Assembly: GCA_002256025.1 (NCBI GenBank)
Contig: NKIB01012903.1
Span: 48,458 to 68,457 of the forward strand
DNA length: 20,000 nt
DNA from: Asterionella formosa
Taxonomy: Eukaryota
Direction of reading: 5' to 3'
Shown: in pieces, positions 11,699 through 20,000 of the stretch
How the letters are laid out: each line of letters starts with the position of its first letter
Numbering within the stretch: the stretch's first letter is position 1
The notes under the pieces: model-generated
Databases searched by the model: none
Seen by the model: only the letters and a program-made list of their open reading frames with translations
What the model was told of the DNA's origin: nothing
Translations under genes and position numbers: made by a program

Positions 11699-12659
11699 GT
11701 TTAATACCTGGTACCCCAAGTATATCACTTCATACCTGCTACTGGTACTCTGTATATTTATGATAAAATGTTATTGTTTTATGATGTACTGGTACACATG
11801 AAGAACTCCCTCCCAAAAAAGGGGCTTAAACAATTTGCTACCAAAATCCTTGCATATAAATAATGATACAAATGGGTTATGACTTAGCTAGTGCACCAAT
11901 TGAATGGTCTAAATAATTAGTTCCAACGGACATAGAAAATATTGATGCAAACAAATTTCAAAAAAACAGTACCAGTACACGAAGTCGTGGAAAACAATGG
12001 ACATATAGTTCATTGAATATTTTCGAATTATCTATATGCAAATATGATCATCTCAACAATACCAGACATTCCATATTGAGAGTGGCTTTGATTTTAATAA
12101 ATGTACGGCACTTGATATATTTATATATTTACAAATTTTATTAACTGTATACATGACAAATACATTTGAAATCGTTCTGTCATGTTAACAAACAATGCCT
12201 GCTCATGAAAAGAAAACTTGTAATAAAGCACATGACAAGAAAGGAAAGTTTACGCAATAAAGAAAAACATTGTGGCTTCGACACAATGCTTGTGATTAGA
12301 TTTATGATCATGTTTAAGATAGATTTACAATGAAACAATTCACATGATAGCATAGAGTTGAGCTAATTTAAGGATGCGTTGCAGTAATAATTTACATCGG
12401 GCGATCATGAGAATTGAAAATAATATGAGAAGGTTTATGATGTTGATGAGAAATGTTGTTGATCAGTTGATAGACATTGTGTGATGATAATGTTCTTATA
12501 ATCATTATACTTCAAGTTTTGTAAAATATAAATGAATCATCTTAGTCATAGGATACCTTGATCATAGTTTTGATCCAAAAATTATCATCTATACGAAAAT
12601 CCTGTGCCACTTAGTGTACGATACCCTTGATCCTATATGCATGATTCTTTTCATTTGCA

Positions 12660-13620
12660 GACGAACTAGGCCATCTCCAGAAGAAGGGGCGAGACCCACC
12701 ATCCCAGTTTCACCTGGTGGCTTTTGTACTAGCTCACTTCACACAATCTGCTTCTGCCATTATATCTGGCTGTGTCCCCCCGACCATCTGTCCATTGTTT
12801 TCTCCAGAACTTATATTCCTGTTTTTCATCTTGTCCCCGCCCACCAGCCAGTACTGATCCCTTTTTTCATCATAATGCACACATGCACCAGTAGTACAAA
12901 ACCAAATATTTAAATACAAGGTAATCTTTTGGCGCCAGAAACATAATCCCTAAGTACGCAACTTATCCAAGGCTTGATCCAGAATTAAAATTGAACCCTT
13001 GAAGACCAGCACCCCCTCCAAAATTGCATCTCGTCAAATATGATGAGGTATTGCTGTATCGTCATGTTTAAGGGCTTGAATGTTCCGGGTTTCACTTTCA
13101 TACAAGTTATTCACTTGCAAATCAAACTGTTGACATTCCAAAGTTTCATCCCATAGCCTAGCCTTAACCATCATTGGCAAGGCATCTTCTTCCCATTCGT
13201 GTTTGTGTGCCGATATTCTTCTCTGTATTAATACTGACCAAATGAACTAAGCCTGATCAATTGCTTGAACAAACAACCGTATCAACCGAGGATCAACAAT
13301 TAACAACTCTTCAGAATTTCGATGGATTGTGCAGCCTGAATTAAATTTCAATATTATTCTGAGTAACAAGAAACAACAGACCAGTACAATTCATACTTAG
13401 TTGATTCCAGAACTGAGTACCAATAGCAGTTATCATTGGTACTCATTCCTTGAAGACCTATTTTGATTCATCGGCATGAGAGATGAATCTGTCAATCATT
13501 CTGACTCATCAGCGCCTGATTCCAGTTGGTCATCAGGCATCCCAATTCTTTCGAGCTCCCCAGAAGTTTTAAACACCTTTCGTCCAACCTTCTTACCGGT
13601 AGCCTGGCAGCACACGAGGC
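12660..13620 (-). pseudogene. N-terminal (pre-RT) part of a DIRS-like retroelement pol ORF
   Basis: One frame reads QALKHDDTAIPHHI*RDAI...ALDKLRT*GLCFWRQKIT...DIMAEADCVK*ASTKATR*NWDGGSRPFFWRWP (last motif 12709-12668). These match the KxDDAxVPxxLW and WWxWDxGSRPFFWRWP motifs I recall upstream of the RT in diatom YR retroelements. No RT core follows; the upper boundary is approximate. Confidence 0.7.
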
Positions 13621-14242
13621 CTTTGAAAAATTAGATCTTCATGTCTCAATACACTGAATGAAATCTGATGACTTATTCGTTGAGTAGAGTGCATTGTCTA
13701 ACTAATACACTAAGTACTTGCATCAGGTTTCGATTGATAAATTTATACTTAAATATTTTTAGTCGGAAGAAGAAGGAGTAAAATGACAGTGGCTTACATT
13801 ATTTAGTGGTACCAGTACCGCTTGAGTAATCGTGCTTTGCCATTTCTTCGAGCTCCCCAGGTCCAATGGTGCCATCCTGGTTAGCATGTAGAACATACGA
13901 GGTACCCGGTGCCTTGCACCAGTACATTGCAAGAATGGTCCAATGTCGACCGTTTAAGATTTCTACATTGCATGTCGTAACGGTATACATGAAGTCCTAC
14001 TTCGCGTTCAATGCGCCCACCAAGATCCCAAGGTCGGTCGTTCGTCCAACTCACGTCCCTCGCCTGTTCGACTTCAACGATTGGGCCTATTCATATCGTC
14101 GTTTTCGGGAGTCCCATGTGGTCGAGGCAACAACACGACCTTGCGACTTTCATCACCACCGCGAGAAACAAGGGACAACGAGGCGAGGAAATCAATAAAA
14201 CAGAAACAGACACCGCAGACAACACAAACAAGGCGAGTTTGA

Positions 14243-14249
14243 TATATAA
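14243..14249 (+). promoter_or_regulatory. TATA-like box upstream of the ARM gene
   Basis: TATATAA about 185 bp upstream of the ATG, in otherwise GC/CpG-rich sequence. Confidence 0.35.
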
Positions 14250-14366
14250 GAAGACAGCATTGCATTGCTTCCGCTGCAACCTCGAACGGAAGCAGGACTC
14301 TATACGCTTGGTGTGGTAGAACTCATAGTGGCGGCCCCGTAGCAATCAATCTGGCAGCAGCGCAAA

Positions 14367-14396
14367 TCAGTTTCAGATTCAGTTTCAGTTTCAGTT
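14367..14396 (+). repeat. (TCAGWT)5 hexamer array, initiator-like, 33 bp before the ATG
   Basis: tcagtt tcagat tcagtt tcagtt tcagtt, followed by an AC-rich leader. Confidence 0.8.
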
Positions 14397-14429
14397 CCTT
14401 CACACAATCAACGACCAAGGCACAAACCC

Positions 14430-15587
14430 ATGCCAGTCAACTACATAACAGACAGCATCATGGATGAAGAAGAAATGTCTCATGCGTCCAATTGGTCCGG
14501 CCCCTCGACCCATTCAGCTCCCTATCCGCACTTGGCCGGGGGCAGGCTTCCGTTCGGACGCTTCTCCTCCACTCAGACGGCCTCCTCGGAAGGGGATATC
14601 TCGCTCAAGAGGGACCGCGAGCGCGAAGGCCGTTGCAGCGAATGTGGATTGCAGACGCACGAGTTCAGGCCGGATCCAAGGACGGGCCAGTCTCGCAAAG
14701 TGCCGCTGACCGTGGAAAATGAAGTACATCGCGGCCGGTGCCTCCTCTGCCACCCGCTCAATGCCGCGCATCTGTCGAGGTATCAATCGACCAGATCAAT
14801 CAATACGGTCAGTTCGCAAGGAGGCAATTCGGTGCACTCCTCGTCGGGAGTGCACCCAGACTACACGGAATCATCCGTGGTGACCATCGTCAGCAACCAG
14901 GCATCGGCGGTGGAGGAAGCCTTGCTACAATTTGAAAACGAAAACTGTGACTTGCTTGACATCTTGACCGCCATGCGCCAGTTCCCCAGCGAGCGACGCA
15001 TCCAAGAACGGGGATGCGAGAAGTTGTGGATTCAATCGTGGGACGATGAAAACTCAAGCGCGATCGGCCGGGTCGGTGGAATTCACATTTTACTCAACGC
15101 CATGAGCAACTTTTCTCGATCGCAGCGTTTGCAGCAGTCGGGATGCGAAGCCTTACAGAACTTGGCATTGAACGACTTCAACAGAGATGCCATTGTGGAG
15201 AACGGAGGAATTAGGGTTATTGTCAATGCCATGACCAATCATCGGGATGTTGTCGGAGTTCAGCAGTGCGGATGCACGGCCCTGGCCAATTTGGCAGCGT
15301 CTTCAGAAAATCATTTGAATATTGCGAATGCAGGGGGCCTTCATGCTATTATGAATGCAGCGACTAACAATCAAGATGAAGAATCAGTTCTCAGGGCAGC
15401 TTATCAGGCACTTCGCGCCCTGGGATATGATCCTAATAGGCATGGTCCTGGAGCGCAGCAAGGACAACAACAACAATCTCAACAACAACAACAGCAACCT
15501 CAGCAACAACCAGAACCGCAACATTCACAACCATCACCGCGGCAAGATGTCATTCGCTTGGATCAGCATGGATTTCCAATCAACTAA
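14430..15587 (+). CDS. Armadillo-repeat protein with N-terminal CxxC-x31-CxxC putative zinc ribbon and Q/P-rich tail (385 aa; alternative start 14460)
   Basis: Uninterrupted GC/CpG-rich ORF with about four ~41-aa repeats: ILTAMRQF..IQERGCEKL / GGIHILLNAMSNF..LQQSGCEALQNLA / GGIRVIVNAMTNH..VQQCGCTALANLA / GGLHAIMNAATNN..VLRAAYQALRAL. Confidence 0.92.
   Translation: MPVNYITDSIMDEEEMSHASNWSGPSTHSAPYPHLAGGRLPFGRFSSTQTASSEGDISLKRDREREGRCSECGLQTHEFRPDPRTGQSRKVPLTVENEVHRGRCLLCHPLNAAHLSRYQSTRSINTVSSQGGNSVHSSSGVHPDYTESSVVTIVSNQASAVEEALLQFENENCDLLDILTAMRQFPSERRIQERGCEKLWIQSWDDENSSAIGRVGGIHILLNAMSNFSRSQRLQQSGCEALQNLALNDFNRDAIVENGGIRVIVNAMTNHRDVVGVQQCGCTALANLAASSENHLNIANAGGLHAIMNAATNNQDEESVLRAAYQALRALGYDPNRHGPGAQQGQQQQSQQQQQQPQQQPEPQHSQPSPRQDVIRLDQHGFPIN
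15456..15509 (+). repeat. Coding (CAA/CAG)n poly-glutamine tract
   Basis: Encodes QQGQQQQSQQQQQQPQQQ. Confidence 0.9.
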
Positions 15588-16229
15588 CATGTTGCTTTTG
15601 GTGGGATAATAGGAGATCAAACCTTCATGCAATATTCCAAGCACAAACGCAAATTAGTTTATATATTTATCTCATAAAGAATTTGTTCAAGTACGAATCA
15701 AGAACATTGGAATAATGACGTGCACAAAGGTAGAAGTTAAGGCATTGGCTCGAGGGCAGTTAATAATGGTGAGGGTGGATAGAGACAGAGCTAGCTCACC
15801 ACTTAAACTTGATCTAGGATCCTGAAACATTCGACAGAGAAGAATGTAAAGTGTACCCCGGATAGCAATTGTGGGAACCTAAATGAAAGAAGCATCGACC
15901 GCGCAAGCAATATTTCATTCCCAGTTTCTAATGTCCATGTCAGATACTAATTGTACCCAGGTGGTTTGTTCATCACCTCCCATGGCTTTGAACACACTGC
16001 TTGTATAGTATTTTAATCATACATCGCTGTATACATCTGATAACAACGGTATAGACTCCTCTAGAAACAAGACACACAGTCCTGCCTACTACCGGTAGTC
16101 GCCGAGCGTGGAAAAGTTCCTCGAGTACCAGGGGTACAAAGTAGACAAAAAGCTGGTAAACCCGTTAGTAATTAAGGGTTCCTCTAAATAGAATACCGGT
16201 AAACAAACCATTATGATGATATGTACAGT

Positions 16230-16248
16230 GGTGGTACCAGGTACCACC
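16230..16248. repeat. 19-bp interrupted palindrome of the GGTACCW family
   Basis: ggtggtacc-a-ggtaccacc; related acctggtacctcaggta at 16381-16397. Confidence 0.85.
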
Positions 16249-16960
16249 TGGTTCTAGACATTACTGTTAGGACTGGCAGCCCATAGATCAGGCCCAAGCA
16301 GATGACAATACTACGACGGGGTTACGGGAAATGAAAGAATATTGTAATTAATGGAGTGGTACTGGTATAGTAGAGTAGCTACCTGGTACCTCAGGTAAAG
16401 TCATTCAATAGTGAGAACAGGGACAGTATGGTGGCAGTATGAATGACCAATACATGACATATATGTATGTTGAACAACCTATGGATTTATACCGGACAGC
16501 CAACCGCTGCCAGCAGTAAAACCAAAAGGGTATGAAATAAATTAAAATAACACACATTATAGGATAATTAAACATTTGTTTAACGTTTTTCTCTGTGTCT
16601 GGCGACAACTGGGTTAGACAATAACTTCTCATTGACACAAATACACAGCTTTTGGGTCGTTAGTCATGCCATCTTTTGTGTCACGCCAGGCATTCTTGTG
16701 TACAGTGTCGGCCATCTTAACACCAAATAGTTGTATTGTATTTCAAATACAAATACATTAGTATTGCTAGAATGGAAACCAAAAAAATATTTCCCCCCTT
16801 TTCGAAGAGCAACAAATAAACATTGTATATACATACTTTTCACCAGCAGTCTCCTTGTCAATGAATACTCATCTTCATTGACAAGGATTACATTGCCTGT
16901 TCAAATCTCATTGTCTTTTCGCTTGTATGAACAACACAACTGATTTGAATTGTAAACAGG

Positions 16961-18249
16961 ATGGCTGTTGAAAGGGAATATCGTGCCGGCTGATCAATTC
17001 ATGCTGTGCAACAGGCGCAACAGTTGCATCAGACACAACAGCCATCGCAAGTGCCAAAACTCCCAATTTCCGACTTGCTTTCCCTGAGGCTTTTGTTGTT
17101 GCTGCAGCTCAGTTGGATCACATGTCCTCCATGTCTTCTTCTATGTCAGACCAATCTCCATTGATGCTTACTGTCGCTCCCAGCTGAGCCCTGAAAATGA
17201 TTTCATTTATAACTATGATTTGGATGGAAATGATAATGACTATTCATTTTTTTTGTTCACTTCCTTCGTGGATACACCGCCCCTGAACATTGGCTAGCCT
17301 GCCTGCAAAGCTGTTTTGGTCTTTCATGCTGGCTCGAAAACCAGCAAGCTTGCATCCATGAACAAAAGAGCAAAAAAGATGGCTTGTCTATTGGCATATA
17401 AGCAGGCAATTGCAGCATTAGACTCTACGCATTTTTCGGTTGAATCCCGGAAATATTTTGCTCGCTCCTTCAAGAAAAAGGATGAACCAATGACCTCTGA
17501 AGCTCTTTACCAAAACTATTTGGATTCAAGGAGCAAGATGAGGTGTGACGTTATCCCTTTGTTGCCAGTAAATTTTGTATCTATGAAGAGTGGCAAGGGC
17601 TTCCATGACACATGTAATGACATGCTGATTCAAGAGTTCAGAAAGGATTGGCCTTGAACAGGCAGCAAGTTGAGCCTCACCCCTCAGGAAATCGAAAACG
17701 AGCTTCCTCCCCAATTCTGGGAATACAAGAAGAGCCCATGTCATGGTATCTTACATTGACAGTTTAAAAATTTCGCGGGGACCCACAGTTGACACCCAAT
17801 GTTGTAGAGGTGCTTGGCGATGCAAGCAACATTCCACTCTTTCGAGCAGCTCGAAAGCGTGAAGATCAGAAAAATTGTCAGCAGAAGTATGAAGAGGATT
17901 GTGTGGATCGCAAATCTAGGAAAATCAAGTATGAAAATACCTTGAGTAAACAAAGCATGCGGGCAAAGCTACATGCAGCAAAAGCTTTGGAAGAGACTGC
18001 TAATGTGTTGCGTCGACAGGGCCCCAGCTGGATGACCTAGAGAAAACCTTGAACTTGTTGGACAGGATGAAGTCAACAATTACTGATTGAGAATATACTT
18101 CTCGAGTGAGAGCTGTGTTGAAAGCAATGCCAAACCCACAAACATACAAGGCAGATGTTCAAGTGATAATTGTTAATGATGAGGACCAAGAGAATAGGTC
18201 ACAGATTATAGAAGTCTGGGATCCCAAGGATGCTGACAATGAAGATTAA
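16961..18249 (+). pseudogene. Decayed second (accessory) ORF of a PIF/Harbinger element, convergent with its transposase
   Basis: Fragments 17316..17657 and 17789..18040 plus the tail ...RVRAVLKAMPNPQTY...DADNED* (18247-18249). Basic/helical N-half and coiled-coil-like C-half; the stop is only 38 bp from the transposase stop. No clear Myb/SANT motif seen; start uncertain. Confidence 0.55.
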
Positions 18250-18287
18250 GTTAATACACTATTGATACTAGTTTATACATAGTTATA

Positions 18288-19201
18288 TTATCTAAACTGG
18301 AAATTTTTCATCAATGCCTGAGTGCAAGCTAGCCACTGGCTTTCCAAATCAGGACTATTTACTCTGTCTGCTAATGCCGCCTCGAAGGTATCATCATTGC
18401 ACTCATCATATATCCATAGACCAACTCCCCATGGATCATTAGCTATTTTGTTTAGTCGTGCCTTCACTCCACTTGGATAGTTGGGTAGATCACTGCTGAG
18501 GTATCCATCTTCTTTCAATAGAATATTATGAAGTTTACAACAAGTGACAAATGTGTATTGTTCATCATCACTTGGCATGTAGATGAAGTCATGTTAAAGT
18601 GATGCCATTTTCTCTGTCCAATTGATAAAGAATGAGCGATGTGTTTCTTCACTCAAATTTGTGTTCATACTGACAACAAAATGAGTAGCAGCTGTCCCAA
18701 GTGTAAATAGAGCTCCAAGTAATTTAAGCTCCAAGTCGCCCACTGGAAGGCCACAACAGTCAACTTTGTCGGCCTTCCATAATGGCCACCATTTTTCAAC
18801 AGCTAAATCAAGAAGCTGATCTCTGAAAATGGAATAAGGGATCCTGAACATTCTCCTGAATCTATTCGCTTCTCTTCCATTTGGTTCAGTCAAATATATG
18901 GCCTTAATGGAAGGATCAAGAAAAAGTGTCTACCAGTTGCTTGATTCTTTGGATTTCCTCTTGTACTGTGTTCTATAAAACTTGCGCTTTTCGAATGTGT
19001 TAACTCTACAGAAGAGAGTGATGATAGGAGTATGCTGTCATCATCACTGTTTTCCTTGTTCCCCTCATCCTCGTCACTTTCATGAATGATGGAAATGGCT
19101 GTATTATAGAGATTGACGCCAATTGATTCAGCAAGCTTATTGCTTGCGCTGCTGCCTCCTGCCAGTAGAGAAACAGATGATGGAATGCTGGGCAAGGACA
19201 T
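18288..19201 (-). pseudogene. PIF/Harbinger transposase with the catalytic core deleted
   Basis: KESSNW*TLFL...FRRMFRIPY...LELKLLGALFTLG...LSEETHRSFF...*HDFIYMPSDDEQYT runs directly into FVTCCKLHNILL. N-terminal HTH-region and C-terminal CCxLHN motifs are present, but the intervening DDE region is absent. Confidence 0.85.
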
Positions 19202-19464
19202 AAGACGTTTGGAGAAGAGGCAACTCAGTGAATTGAAGCAACAATCATGAATGCAACGGCAACAGCAGCAGATGCAACAACAAATTCTGTAATGAAGTAC
19301 CGGTAAGTGTAGCAACTATACTACATACTACATGTATATATTATCACGCAGCAACACAACATTTCTACTAGTCATGTTAGTAGTCTAAAACTAAAATCGA
19401 ATATTCTATTTGATTCTTGTGCTGTGTTTTGTATTGGATAAGGTGACGCACACAATGAAATTTG

Positions 19465-20000
19465 ATGCACAGACACTCATCCAAACGACAAAGGCGACGC
19501 TGTAAACGGCAGCTTCAGTCATCTGAACGACGACGACAACGAAGGCACAAGTGGCACCACGAAAGAATCTCCTGGCAATCACATGTCGAGAAACTCAATC
19601 ACGAGATTGCTTTCGAGAAGACATACAGAATGTCACACAGAGCATTCAAAAAACTCACCTCCATGCTGGAAATTCAGATTGCAGGGAATTATTCCAAATG
19701 TGGCACTTCTGAGCCCATAATTCCCGAAATTGTGGTAGCCATTGGTTTGCGATGGCTGGCTGGTGGCAGTTACATCGACATTCGTCATGCCTACGGCTGT
19801 AGCATTGCTTCACTTTATCGATGTCGTGATTTGTTCATTGATGCTGTACTAAACTGTGGAGAACTCGAAATTGTTTTTCCAAAAGAACAAGAAGAATTTA
19901 TCAAATTGGCTTCCAGCTTTGAATGCAAAAGCTCAGAGGGCATGATGAGAGGATGTGTTGGTGCTATTGACGGCTTCCTAGCCACCATCAACCGCCCGAC
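19465..20000 (+). CDS. PIF/Harbinger (HARBI1-like) DDE transposase, 5' part, open to the window end
   Basis: 178 stop-free codons absent from the ORF track: RISWQSHV...FEKTYRMSHRAFKKL...IIPEIVVAIGLRWLAGGSYIDI...GCSIASLYR...IVFP...GCVGAIDG (first catalytic Asp 19969-19971). Two in-frame TGAs just upstream may be CGA decay, so the true start may be earlier. Confidence 0.9.
   Translation, partial: MHRHSSKRQRRRCKRQLQSSERRRQRRHKWHHERISWQSHVEKLNHEIAFEKTYRMSHRAFKKLTSMLEIQIAGNYSKCGTSEPIIPEIVVAIGLRWLAGGSYIDIRHAYGCSIASLYRCRDLFIDAVLNCGELEIVFPKEQEEFIKLASSFECKSSEGMMRGCVGAIDGFLATINRP

Larger units (their letters stand above)
3925..11700. mobile_element. Putative composite Plavaka-type DNA transposon remnant (protease + transposase + accessory gene); boundaries approximate
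   Basis: Three tightly packed, similarly decayed ORFs: about 130 bp between the convergent stops and about 290 bp between accessory gene and transposase. An 86-bp repeat pair lies at the right. No TIR or TSD was found. Confidence 0.5.

Noticed and set aside
12268..12288. Hairpin cattgtg-gcttcga-cacaatg as a terminator or Helitron end
   Set aside because: A 7-bp stem is expected by chance, and there is no U-tract or CTRR end at the right spacing.
11820..12950. Possible imperfect inverted repeats (ccaaaa..ccttg.at.taaata) defining a MITE
   Set aside because: Similarity is weak and gapped, and the right arm lies inside the DIRS-like coding frame (GLCFWRQKITLYLNIW).
1..13620. Stop-codon reassignment as an explanation for the many in-frame stops
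   Set aside because: All three stop codons occur together with frameshifts and a mutated catalytic residue, and the host gene reads normally in the standard code.
13545..13860. Shared ttcgagctccccag core at about 13550 and 13847 as a DIRS terminal or internal repeat
   Set aside because: The match is only about 14 bp and does not extend convincingly.
13799..14345. Several 60-110 aa ORFs upstream of the ARM gene
   Set aside because: No recognisable motifs; expected by chance in GC-rich promoter sequence.
14464..15609. Short ORFs overlapping the ARM gene on both strands
   Set aside because: Shadow frames of a GC-rich CDS with no independent motifs.
19202..19315. Cys-rich metallothionein-like peptide (ICCCICCCCRC)
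   Set aside because: It arises from a (CAG/CAA)-like simple repeat read on the minus strand, with a non-ATG start upstream of the transposase.
16580..19450. Terminal inverted repeats for the left Harbinger element (acaaatacacagc vs gctgtgttttgt)
   Set aside because: Short gapped match that does not extend, with no TSD.

Overview
Eukaryotic, AT-rich window, most likely diatom or other stramenopile (judged from recalled protein motifs, not a search). It holds one intact host gene, an intronless CpG-rich armadillo-repeat protein with an N-terminal CxxC-x31-CxxC module and a poly-Q tail (14430-15587, +). Around it are decayed transposons recognisable only by reading through stops and frameshifts. 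Left to right: a Crypton-like C-terminus; a decayed low-complexity ORF; a tyrosine recombinase (YR) remnant; an ~8 kb three-gene block (Ulp1/C48-like protease, Plavaka-type transposase, intron-containing accessory gene); a DIRS-like pol N-terminal remnant co-oriented with the YR; the host gene; a two-ORF PIF/Harbinger element lacking its DDE core; and a second, better preserved Harbinger transposase running off the window end. The most notable signals are the Plavaka+protease+accessory cassette apparently nested in a YR retroelement, the zinc-ribbon-ARM architecture, and recurrent palindromic (GGTACCW)n runs between elements. All family calls need HMM confirmation.
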